Assembly: GCA_938084085.1 (NCBI GenBank)
Contig: CALKDV010000330.1
Span: forward strand, 1 to 32,232
DNA from: an uncultured Nannocystaceae bacterium
GTDB lineage: Bacteria > Myxococcota_A > Polyangia > Nannocystales > Nannocystaceae
Length of the DNA: 32,232 bases
Direction of reading: 5' to 3'
Shown here piece by piece: positions 1-9,000 of the stretch. A program made the position numbers and the translations under genes. Below the pieces are notes generated by a model. That model ran no database searches. It was not told the origin of the DNA and saw only the letters and a program-made list of their open reading frames with translations. Every line of letters starts with the position of its first letter. Position 1 is the stretch's first letter.

Positions 1-1258
1 CGGCGAGGAGCTTGCCCCGCTCGTTCTTGTAGACAAGGTCGTCGGCGTCGTCCCGCGTGATGGGTCGATTGGTGGGGATCACCATCACGTCGAGGTTGTA
101 GATCTTATGGAACTCTTCAGCCTCCGTCTCCGCCGTGCCCGTCATCCCCGACAGCTTGCGGTACATGCGGAAATAATTCTGGTAGGTGATCGTGGCGAGG
201 GTCTGGCTCTCCGGTTGAATCGGCACCCCCTCCTTGGCCTCGATCGCCTGATGCAGCCCGTCGCTCCAGCGTCTCCCGGGCATCTTGCGGCCCGTGAACT
301 CGTCAACGATGACGATCTCGCCGCGCTCCACCAGGTACTGCACGTCTTTTTTGTAGAGCGTGTTGGCGCGGAGGGCCTGGTTCACGTGGTGCAAAAGCTC
401 TGAGTTCTCTTCTTCGTAGAGATTGGAGCACGACAACATCTGCTCCACCCGATCGACGCCGCTGTCCGTGAGCAGGACGCTCTTGGCTTTCTCGTCGAGG
501 ATATAATCAAGGTCGCGACGGAGAGCTGGGATGACCCTGTCGACCGTGGTGTAGGTCTCCGCCGGCTTCGCGCTCTCTCCCGAGATAATCAATGGTGTCC
601 GCGCCTCATCGATCAAAATCGAGTCGACCTCATCCACGATCGCGTAGTGCAGATCTCGCTGCACGTACTTCTCGATCGTCTCTTTCATATTGTCGCGGAG
701 ATAATCGAAACCGAACTCGTTGTTCGTGCCGTAGGTGATGTCACTGCGGTACGAGCGTTGACGCTCGAATGGAGACAGACCGTGCACGATGGCGCCGCAG
801 CTCATGCCCAAGAAGCGGTAGACCTGGCCCATCCATTCCGCGTCGCGAGACGCGAGGTAGTCGTTAACCGTGACAAGGTGCGCGCCCTTCCCCTCGAGCG
901 CGTTGAGAAATAAGGCGCAGGTGGCGGTGAGGGTTTTGCCCTCGCCCGTACGCATCTCCACAATTTTTCCCGAGTGCATGGCGATGCCGCCGATCATCTG
1001 CACGTCGTAATGACGCATCCCAATGGTGCGCCAGGCCGCCTCTCGCACGGCTGCGAAGACCTCAGGGAGCATGGCGTCGAGGGTCTCACCCCGCGCGAGT
1101 CGTTCGCGGAACTCGGGGGTCTTGGCGCGAAGCTGGTCGTCGGACAGGGACTTGAGCCCGGCCTCGAGTCCATTGATACGTTCCACCAACGGGCGAACCC
1201 GATTGATCTGTCGGTCGTGCTTGGTGCCGAAGGCTTTTCTAAAGAGCTTGGTGAACAT
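1..1258 (-). CDS. secA: Preprotein translocase ATPase SecA, N-terminal ~419 codons (3' part lies beyond the left edge)
   Basis: Absent from the supplied ORF track because it runs off the edge. My reverse-complement translation from the ATG at 1258-1256 stays open to position 1. It reads [32 protein letters not shown]...[73 protein letters not shown]...[19 protein letters not shown]...[29 protein letters not shown]...[31 protein letters not shown]. These are classic SecA motor-domain signatures. The plus-strand ORFs 107-403, 647-913 and 974-1504 are its antisense shadows. Confidence 0.95.
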   Translation of the reverse strand, partial: MFTKLFRKAFGTKHDRQINRVRPLVERINGLEAGLKSLSDDQLRAKTPEFRERLARGETLDAMLPEVFAAVREAAWRTIGMRHYDVQMIGGIAMHSGKIVEMRTGEGKTLTATCALFLNALEGKGAHLVTVNDYLASRDAEWMGQVYRFLGMSCGAIVHGLSPFERQRSYRSDITYGTNNEFGFDYLRDNMKETIEKYVQRDLHYAIVDEVDSILIDEARTPLIISGESAKPAETYTTVDRVIPALRRDLDYILDEKAKSVLLTDSGVDRVEQMLSCSNLYEEENSELLHHVNQALRANTLYKKDVQYLVERGEIVIVDEFTGRKMPGRRWSDGLHQAIEAKEGVPIQPESQTLATITYQNYFRMYRKLSGMTGTAETEAEEFHKIYNLDVMVIPTNRPITRDDADDLVYKNERGKLLA

Positions 1259-1413
1259 GGTACGAAGAGCGTCAGTTGCGCACTTGGAGGGGGAGAAATG
1301 GGGATCCTAGGGATCTCGGCGCCGCCTGTCCACGCCGCCCCAATCCGCGGGCAGACGAGTACACTGGGTCCGCGCGGGTCGACGGTACTGGACCCTGCGC
1401 CGCGTCTGACGCA

Positions 1414-2388
1414 ATGTCCCACAGATCGTCATCATTCTCCGCCAGGATTCACGTGCTGGCGCCCGCGGGTCCGGTCCCGGTGGACAAGCTGCGCGCCGGC
1501 ATGAGGGTGGCGGATCGCCACGGCGCCATCCAATGGCAAATTGCAGCCAACGTCGAGCAACGGCAGGGCTATTTCGCCGGGGATGACGGAGCGCGGCTCG
1601 CGGGGATATTGGACGCCCTCCGTGACCCGGAAGCGCACACCGCCTGGTGCGCCCGGGGCGGCTACGGCACGACGCGCCTGCTCACCTCCTTGAGTCGAGC
1701 GCTCCAGGCGAACCCGCGCAAGCAGGACGGGCCCCGCGCGATGAACCCCAAACGACCCTTCATCGCGGGCTTCTCCGACGTCACCGCGCTGCTGTGTTGG
1801 GCTTGGACACACCGCGGCACACCCGGCGTCCACGGCCCCGTGCTGACGCAGCTGGCGTCCTTGCCGCTTGAAGACCAGCAACGAGCCTGGGACGCCATCG
1901 CTGGTGAGCCCCCTCCGCCGCTGGAGGTCGCGGGAGACGCGTCGTGTGTCTCTGTCGGAGGCAGCGTCGAAGGGCGACTCATCATTGGGAACCTTGAGGT
2001 GTTGCGCAGCCTCATCGGCACGCCCTCCATGCCCTCACTCGACGGATGTATTTTGGCGCTAGAGGAGGTGGGCGAGCGCCCCTATCGTATCGACCGCGCC
2101 TTGACCCACCTTCACTCCTCGGGAGCTCTGCGTGGTGTTCGGGGCGTGGCCCTCGGACAGTTCACCGGGTGCCGCGAACCTGCGGGCACCCTGAGCGAGG
2201 GCGCAGCCGCCCTCGAGGTGGCCCACGAACGACTTGAGAAGCTTCAGGTCCCCGTGGTCAGCGGCTTCCCCTTCGGCCACGACCCGGCCCGCAACGCCGC
2301 CCTCATCTTCGGTGGCCAGGTACGTCTCGAAGCAGATCACGGCACGCTGCTCTCGCTGGAAGGTCTCGAAGAAGCGGCGCGGCCCTGA
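1414..2388 (+). CDS. LD-carboxypeptidase, peptidase S66 family (LdcA/MccF-like)
   Basis: Track ORF 1276..2388. It carries the S66 nucleophile motif GFSDVTALL, LEEVGERPYRIDRAL (Glu region) and GFPFGHD (His). I prefer the in-frame ATG at 1414 (MSHRSSSFSARIHVLAP...). The TTG at 1276 would leave only 17 nt to the divergent secA start. Confidence 0.85.
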   Translation: MSHRSSSFSARIHVLAPAGPVPVDKLRAGMRVADRHGAIQWQIAANVEQRQGYFAGDDGARLAGILDALRDPEAHTAWCARGGYGTTRLLTSLSRALQANPRKQDGPRAMNPKRPFIAGFSDVTALLCWAWTHRGTPGVHGPVLTQLASLPLEDQQRAWDAIAGEPPPPLEVAGDASCVSVGGSVEGRLIIGNLEVLRSLIGTPSMPSLDGCILALEEVGERPYRIDRALTHLHSSGALRGVRGVALGQFTGCREPAGTLSEGAAALEVAHERLEKLQVPVVSGFPFGHDPARNAALIFGGQVRLEADHGTLLSLEGLEEAARP

Positions 2389-2398
2389 GCGCGCTCGG

Positions 2399-4270
2399 TC
2401 ACCGATATCCCGCGGCCTGAAGCTCGAACAGGCGCGCGTACCGGCCGCCTCGCGCCACCAGGTCCTTGTGACTCCCCCGCTCCACGACACGCCCGTGATC
2501 GAGCACCAAGATCGTGTCTGCGCTTCGTACCGTGGAGAAGCGGTGAGAAATCAAGATAGCCATCTTGTCGCGGGCGAGCCCTTGCACGTGCTCAAAGACC
2601 GTCGCCTCGGCCTCCGCGTCCATCGCGGCAGTCGGCTCGTCGAGCACGAGCAAGTCAGCGCTCGAGCGCATGAACGCCCGTGACAGCGCCACCTTCTGCC
2701 ACTGGCCTCCAGAGAGCTCGCGTCCGTCTTCGAACCACCGACCCAACTGGGTCTGATAACCGCGCTCAAACTCGTTGATGAACGGCGCGGCCATGCCTTG
2801 ATCCGCGGCCGTCTCCCAGCGCTCCTCATCGAGCAGGTGATCCACATCGCCCACTCCGATGTTCTCACCGACCAGCAATTGGTAGCGTGCAAAGTCTTGA
2901 AAAATCACCCCCACCCGCGAGCGCAACGCGGACGGATCCCACGTATCGAGAGGGGATCCGTCGAGCAAGATCCGGCCGCGAGACGGCTCGTACAGGCGGG
3001 TGAGCAGCTTGATCAAGGTGGTCTTGCCAGACCCGTTCTCACCCACCAGCGCCAGCGCCTCACCCGGGCGCAGGTGAAAGCTCACCTCCTCGAGCGCGGC
3101 GGACTCCGTGCCGGGGTAGGTGAAGCTTACGGACTCAAACCGCAGCCCGTCTCCCACGGATTCCCCCTCGACGAGCGCGCCCTCCTTTTGCTCAGAGCGC
3201 TGCTCGAGATACTCGTACAGATTCGACAGGTAGAGGTTGTCCTCATACATCCCGCCGATCGCGCTCAAGCTCGCCGCGACGGCCCCTTGACCCTGCTTGA
3301 ACAACATCAGGTACATGGTCATCTCGCCGAGTGAGATGGCGCCTGCGGCCGTCTCCAGCACGATCCACGCGTAGGCCCCATAAAATGCCCCGGTGCTGAT
3401 GAGCCCTACCGCGAAACCCCACGCCCCGCGCCGGAGGGTGAGGCGGCGGTCGTCCTTAAACACGGTCTCGAAGATGCCTCGATATCGACTCAACAACGTC
3501 TCCCCGAGTCCGAAGAGCTTCACCTCCTTGACGTAGTCCTCCCGCGCGAGGACCGTCTCCAGATACATCTGCTTGCGGGCCTCAGGCGAGCGCCAACGAA
3601 ACAATCGAAACGCCTCTCCCGAGAACTTCGTCTCCACAAAAAATGCGGGGATCCCCGCCACGGCGAGCAACACCACCGCGACCCCCGAGAACTGCCACAG
3701 CAAGATCCCATAGCTCACGAGGGAGATCGCGTTTTGCACGAGCCCGAAGGTCTTTGTCACCAGGCCCAAGGGGCGCACCGAGGCCTGACGGCGCGCGCGG
3801 GTGAGCTTGTCGTAAAACTGCGGGTCTTCAAAGTGTTGAAGCTCGAGCTCCAACGCCTTCTCCAAAATCATCACGTTCACGCGATGGCCGAGCAGCGCGC
3901 GAAGCAGACTCTGCGCCACGCTCACGCCGCGACCGATCCCGGCGATCCCGACGAAGATGAGGGCCTCCACGCCCACCCATTGCAACGTCACCGTCACCAG
4001 TTCCTCGCTGCCACCGCTCGCGCCCGCCGCCACCACCCCGTCCACGATCTTTTGACCGACCCACGCCGCGGCCGCGGGCAACAACCCCCCGACGAGCGTC
4101 AAGATAACAAAGAGGAGCGTGAGCGTCCGGCTCGTCTCCCAGACCAAACGCACGGCGGCCCGGGTGTAGCCGAAGACCTCGGTGAATCCTCGCAGCCCTC
4201 GCCCTTGGGGCTCCTCCCGATGATGCGCTACCATGCCGGTAGTGTGGACAAGGACGCCTCCGGGCTCCAC
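2399..4270 (-). CDS. ABC exporter, fused transmembrane domain plus ATPase (MsbA/type I exporter-like)
   Basis: 623-aa ORF with a hydrophobic N-terminal half containing about 6 TM segments. Walker A GENGSGKTT, signature LSGGQWQKVALSRAF, Walker B LLVLDEPTAAMD, H-loop ILISHR. The start is either GTG at 4270 or ATG at 4234 (MVAHHREE...); I cannot resolve which. Confidence 0.9.
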   Translation of the reverse strand: MEPGGVLVHTTGMVAHHREEPQGRGLRGFTEVFGYTRAAVRLVWETSRTLTLLFVILTLVGGLLPAAAAWVGQKIVDGVVAAGASGGSEELVTVTLQWVGVEALIFVGIAGIGRGVSVAQSLLRALLGHRVNVMILEKALELELQHFEDPQFYDKLTRARRQASVRPLGLVTKTFGLVQNAISLVSYGILLWQFSGVAVVLLAVAGIPAFFVETKFSGEAFRLFRWRSPEARKQMYLETVLAREDYVKEVKLFGLGETLLSRYRGIFETVFKDDRRLTLRRGAWGFAVGLISTGAFYGAYAWIVLETAAGAISLGEMTMYLMLFKQGQGAVAASLSAIGGMYEDNLYLSNLYEYLEQRSEQKEGALVEGESVGDGLRFESVSFTYPGTESAALEEVSFHLRPGEALALVGENGSGKTTLIKLLTRLYEPSRGRILLDGSPLDTWDPSALRSRVGVIFQDFARYQLLVGENIGVGDVDHLLDEERWETAADQGMAAPFINEFERGYQTQLGRWFEDGRELSGGQWQKVALSRAFMRSSADLLVLDEPTAAMDAEAEATVFEHVQGLARDKMAILISHRFSTVRSADTILVLDHGRVVERGSHKDLVARGGRYARLFELQAAGYR

Positions 4271-4280
4271 CCCTGACTCA

Positions 4281-4317
4281 AGAAAGTAAACGAGGGCGCA
4301 TCCCTCGGCACGCCCTC
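4281..4317 (-). terminator. Putative intrinsic terminator after the beta-helix lipoprotein gene
   Basis: GAGGGCG (4292-4298) pairs with CGCCCTC (4311-4317). On the minus-strand transcript the hairpin is followed by GUUUACUUUCUU (complement of 4281-4291). It lies between the lipoprotein stop (4344) and the ABC exporter start. Confidence 0.45.
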
Positions 4318-4343
4318 ATCGTTTCGGGCACAAGTCCCGCTCG

Positions 4344-5759
4344 TTACGGCGCGAAGTTAAGCCACGCCGCCTGCGTCCAGTCCTCCGCTGCGAGAGGATC
4401 GACCGCGCCGAGATAGGTGACTTGGTCGAACCCCGCGGGCAGCGCCGTCCCCGCGCCGTTGCCCACCGCCGAGCTGCCCGGGTCCGGCTGCACGTTGGGT
4501 GCGCCCCAGGTCGGGTCGAGCGAGAGCCCGGTGAAGTCTCCGGTGTCCGTGAGGTTGTTGTTGCCCAGCAGGCTCCCTAGATCACATCCCGACGGGGTCT
4601 TGTCGAAGACATCACCGATCGCGATGTCGAAGTCGATGGCGATATTTCCGGCCATCCACTCTGCGCAGGTCTCGTCATCTTCCACGATCAGCATGAGCGG
4701 AGTCATGCTGGTCGCGTCGTTGGCGTAGTTCCCCAAGATCGAATTCCAGATCGAGAAGTTCGTTTGCTCCTTGAGGAAGATGCCCGTGGACTTATCCCCG
4801 GTTCCCGAGCCCACCACAGTCGCGTTCGCGATGAGTGGGTTGGTCCGAGGAGTCGCCGCAAAGTCCCCCCCGTTGGAGACCTCAAAGCCGTTGTCTCCTG
4901 CGGGAGCGCTGTCTTGGTGAATCAACACGTACTGAATCTGCCCCGAGAACCCGAGGTCCATGTCGAGCGAGTCATCAGCCGCACCAGTCACCACGAGGTG
5001 ATCTGCGTCGAACGAGCCACCAAACATCTCAATGCCGTCGTCGGAGCCCATGTGCGACTGCACGTGGCTCACCGTGGTGTCGGTGCCGCAGCCATAAAAC
5101 GTGATGCCGTTGAGCTCGTTGCCCGCGGTCACCTCGAAGCCTGCGTACTCCACCCGCACAAACTCAAGGGAGCCGCAGTTGTGGGTGGGGACGTCGCCGC
5201 CATAGCTCGGGGCGCTGGAGGGGAAGCCCTCCGCGGTGCACGAGGTCCCACAGTTCGCCGGCGCCTCGCCGATGAGGACGAGTCCTCCCCAATCACCGCG
5301 AGCGACGGTCGCGGGGCTGGTCGCGAGCGTGTCTGCGGTGAACACGATGGGCGCATCCGCAGAACCCGATGCCTCCACGCGAGCGCTCTTCTCGATGACG
5401 AGCGCGCTGCCCCCTTGCCCTCGGATGGTGGTTCCTGGCTCGATCTCGAGGACGCCGTTTGTGACGGTGATGAAGTTCTCGAGCACGTAGACCTTGTCAC
5501 AGGTCCAGGAGGCGCCGCCTTCGATGTTTGCGTTCACCGCGACGATGTCGGCGGCGTCCGTGGTGAGCGGGTCCGCACACAGGTCGCCGTCTCCGTCCCC
5601 GTCGCCGTCGCCGTCTCCGTCGCCATCTCCGTCCCCGTCGCCGTCCCCAGAAGAGGAGGAGAGGTCGGTTGTGTTGCCTTCTGCGTCATCTGCACATCCG
5701 AGCGCGCCCAATATGAGCGGAGCGATCAAAAGTGCACTGAAGATATTTTTGGTGTTCAT
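4344..5759 (-). CDS. Secreted lipoprotein with a (Gly-Asp)11 tether and a predicted parallel beta-helix body; function unknown
   Basis: Track ORF 4344..5954. I place the start at the ATG at 5759-5757, preceded by GGAG 7 nt upstream. It gives MNTKNIFSALLIAPLILGALGC with a lipobox (LGALGC), then SSSSGDGDGDGDGDGDGDGDGDGDGD. The body carries motifs I associate with an uncharacterised beta-helix family: WTCDKVYVL, LEIEPGTTIRG, APIVFT, GDWGGLVLIG, NELNGITFYGCG, SDDGIEMFGGSFDADHLVV, DDSLDMDLGF, NGFEVSN and a C-terminal DWTQAAWLNFAP. The 65 codons upstream of Met66 look non-coding (no signal peptide, atypical composition). Confidence 0.8.
   Translation of the reverse strand: MNTKNIFSALLIAPLILGALGCADDAEGNTTDLSSSSGDGDGDGDGDGDGDGDGDGDGDLCADPLTTDAADIVAVNANIEGGASWTCDKVYVLENFITVTNGVLEIEPGTTIRGQGGSALVIEKSARVEASGSADAPIVFTADTLATSPATVARGDWGGLVLIGEAPANCGTSCTAEGFPSSAPSYGGDVPTHNCGSLEFVRVEYAGFEVTAGNELNGITFYGCGTDTTVSHVQSHMGSDDGIEMFGGSFDADHLVVTGAADDSLDMDLGFSGQIQYVLIHQDSAPAGDNGFEVSNGGDFAATPRTNPLIANATVVGSGTGDKSTGIFLKEQTNFSIWNSILGNYANDATSMTPLMLIVEDDETCAEWMAGNIAIDFDIAIGDVFDKTPSGCDLGSLLGNNNLTDTGDFTGLSLDPTWGAPNVQPDPGSSAVGNGAGTALPAGFDQVTYLGAVDPLAAEDWTQAAWLNFAP
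5583..5648 (-). repeat. Coding hexanucleotide tandem repeat, 11 x (GTCNCC on plus strand), encoding (Gly-Asp)11
   Basis: Read directly: gtcgcc gtctcc gtcccc gtcgcc gtcgcc gtctcc gtcgcc atctcc gtcccc gtcgcc gtcccc. It sits in frame inside the lipoprotein gene, just after the lipobox. Confidence 0.95.
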
Positions 5760-6001
5760 AGGATTCTCCGTCAAGCGTTTGTTCGTCGGCGTGTTCGCCG
5801 AACTCGTAGGTTCTCGCAGACAACTTTGACTTCTGTGTGCGGGTTCGGTGAACACTCGGTCACAAGAAATGATGTGAAGTGGAGACCAGCGGTGGGCAAC
5901 GTCCATGCAGACCACGGCGGTCTGCGTCCGAGCAGCATCCTCGATGCCATACATTCTGGGCCATTGGGAAGGACCGCGGAGCCTTCCGTCCTGCGCGGCC
6001 G

Positions 6002-9000
6002 CTAGAAGCTGTAACTAAGTCCCAAGCGGACGTCGACGCCCTTGCGGAAGTTGTTACGATCGATCTCTTGGACAACGTCCGGATTTGCGATGCCGTTCGC
6101 GATCTGGTTGGCCTTGATCTCCGAGACGGTTTCGTCCGTGAGCCGCTGTACGACCCCAAATTTGGTGTTGAGAATATTTCCGACCCGCAAGGTGACACGC
6201 AGCTCTTGGCTCGTCTCCGCCTCGAAGGAGTCGGTGGAGGAAGCCACCTGAAACAGGCGCTGGGACATGACCAGGTCCAACATGTGCTGGGGTGTCTCCC
6301 AGATGTTACCGAACTCCGAGAGGCGCCAGAGACGCTCGCCAAACGCGTTGTACAGCACGCGCGCACGTGTGCCCGAGGTGCTGTTGTCGTAGTCGATGAA
6401 GGCGTTCAAGATCCACGGTGACACCCCTGCCAGAGGACGCTTTTGAGAACCTGCGGCGCTATATTGAAGATAATGACGGCAGAGGCGGTCTTCCGGCGGG
6501 CACTCACCTTCGAAGTTTTCTCCGACCACGTAGGTGTTTCCATCCACGGCCGTGTAGTCCCGGACCGGCGTCACGCGCGAGAAAATATACGCGAAGTTGG
6601 CGCCGACCGAGATGTCCTCAAGCCACCGCAGTTTGGGTTTCATGAGGTCCTCGTCCCGGTCGCGCCCCAAGAAGCCGAGGTTCTTCTTAAACTCAGCTTC
6701 CCCGCCGATGTTGATGGCGCTCTGGCTGTTGACCCAGGACTGAAGCTCGCTGGAGGTACCAGAGGTGAGCACCGCCTCGATGGGCTTATCAAACTGCTTG
6801 AAGAAGGCAGACACCGCGACCACCTCGCCCCCGGAGGGGAACCACTCCCAGCGCAGATCTGCGTTCCACACCCGAGTCGACTCCAGCAGGTCAAAGCCCT
6901 CTGAAGTCACTCCTCCAAACGATTTTGTAAAGGAGAAGGGCGCGAGCTCGCGCATCTCAGGTCGCGCGATCGTCCGCGTCCCCCCGAGCCGAATATTCAT
7001 TTTGCTCGTGGGCGAGAAGATCAATGAGGCCGCCGGGAACACGTCACTGTCTGTGGTGTTAAACGTCTCTAGATCCTGATTTTCGCGGTCAAAGGGGTTG
7101 AACGGGCGCATCGCGATCTTTGAAAACTCGTACCGCACCCCTCCCGTAATCTTGAACCATCGGGTGATGGGTAGGTCCATCTGTCCGTAGCCCGCGAACA
7201 CCTGCTGACGGCCCTCATATCCGTCGGCGTCCCCGGTCTGTTCGACGAGATAGAAGGGTTCTTGACCGCCGACCGCGGCGCCTAATCCGCCTCCGATGGT
7301 GTCCGCGTTGAGAACGTTCCCCACGTAGTCTGGAACATTGGACACCCCGTTGGCTTGCTGGAACAAAAATCGACGATTGCTAAACTCTCGCTGCTTTCCC
7401 TCGACCCACGCGCCCATCTTCACAGAGGAGTCAAGCTGCAGCCACTGGCGAAAGGGAAACTCAAGGTTCATGACGCCGTTGCCAACGGCGTCGTCGAGGA
7501 CCCCCGCGTTGATCCGTGGCTTCGCCACGTCCACCGCCACCTCGTAGTTGCCCTCGCCAGACGTGTCCGTATAGAGCACCTCCCGGCGAGTGGGATCATC
7601 TTGCCGGGCTCGCGAGAAAGAACCCGAGTAGTCCAGCTTCAAGCCCCGCGCCTTCTCAAATTCGTGTGCCGCGCCCACCTGCGTAAAAAAGATGGAGCGC
7701 ATCACGTAGCGGTGGCGAGAGGTGAGCGCCGCTTCGGGGCCGATCGCCTTCGGCGAAAAGCCGCGCTGGTAGCGAACCTCATTGGCCGCGTCTCGCGAGT
7801 AGAACATGTTCGCGAAGACCTCGTGACCTCGCTCGCTCGTGTACTTGGCCAGGCCGATCCCTCCGAGCTGTACGCGACGAACGTAGCGTCGGTCACTCCC
7901 CTTGTCGGTTGAGCCCCAATCGGTCCCCGCCTTGAGCCCCGACTCATCCGCCACCGTGCTGCTCATTCCGGCGTCAGTGTTGGGGCAACCGCGGCAATCG
8001 ATGGCCGAGGCAGACACCCCCTCCACCGTCTTGAACTCGTCTTTGATGCCGCCCGAGAGCACCCAACCCACGCGATCCCCGTTGGCCAAGGTGTGACCAT
8101 TGCCGAGCGTGGTACTCAAGCGATACGTCGGCGGCGCCACGGACGACGCGCTCGGCGTCGCCGTATACAAGGCCTCACCGTACGCCTCTATTTCCTCCGG
8201 TGCGTACGCCGGCCCGGCCACGGGCGGCGATGAGGTGCCTGGAAAACCCGTGGGCAGGCCGCGAGAGATGTTGCCGAAGCCAACGCCGTCGCCCCGGAGG
8301 CGTCCATCACGAACGAAGTCGTCGAAGGTCGCTTGGGTGTTCGCCTCGAAAGACGCGGAGACGTCAAAGGTGAACTCATCAGGGATGTCACGGCTGCGCA
8401 GCTGCGTCGAGCCGCCCACAAAGTCCGCGGGCTGCTCCGGGGTAAATGACTTCACAATGTCGATAGACGACAACGCCCCTGAGGGAAAGATATCGAGCGG
8501 AACGGTCCGCACATCTGGATCAGGACTCGGAAGACGAGCCCCGTCAAACAGCGTATTTCCGTAACGGTGCTTGAGACCCCGGATGATGAGATATCGATTG
8601 TCCTCGAGCGTCGCCCCGACGATGAAGCGCGCGAGGGAGGCGCTCGATCCTCCGCCTGCCTTCTTCATCTCCTGCGAGGACATGACGTCCTTGGTCTCCA
8701 CCGCCTCCGCCCGCTCGGTGAGCACCACAGATTCGTTCCCTTTGGGCGCCTCCGCCTCGATGACGGTCTCGCTCACCATCCCTGCGAGGGGCACGAGCTC
8801 CACAGACTGGGTGCGAGATCCGTCCACCTCCACCTCAAGATCTGCGATCTCCTTGACCGAGAACGTCTCGTAGAAGAACTCCACGGTGTAGATCCCCTCC
8901 GGCAAACGCAACACGTACGCGCCGTCCCCGTCGGTCGTCACTTCATATGGAGAATTCAGCACCCGCACGTTCGCGCCCATGAGGGGATCACCTGTCCGCG

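Noticed and set aside
1276-1413. TTG-initiated 46-codon N-terminal extension of the S66 peptidase ORF
   Set aside because: It would leave 17 nt between divergent secA and this gene. The extension is Arg/Pro/Gly-rich and unlike S66 N-termini. The ATG at 1414 is preferred, though not proven.
2387-2396. GAGCGCGCTC 10-nt palindrome between the convergent S66 peptidase and ABC exporter stops
   Set aside because: It is too short, with no loop, to act as a terminator. Such GC palindromes are common in DNA of this composition.
5583-5648. Regular short repeats considered as a possible CRISPR array (also 9113-9196 and 13691-13767)
   Set aside because: They are contiguous 6-, 54- and 30-nt tandem repeats with no spacers, in frame inside coding sequences. 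No cas genes are present.
4764-6005. 413-aa plus-strand ORF, and the nested 5494-5829 ORF with an (SP)n run
   Set aside because: Antisense shadow of the beta-helix lipoprotein gene. The product is Arg-rich with no recognisable motifs. The SPSPSP run is just the opposite-strand reading of the (GD)11 repeat.
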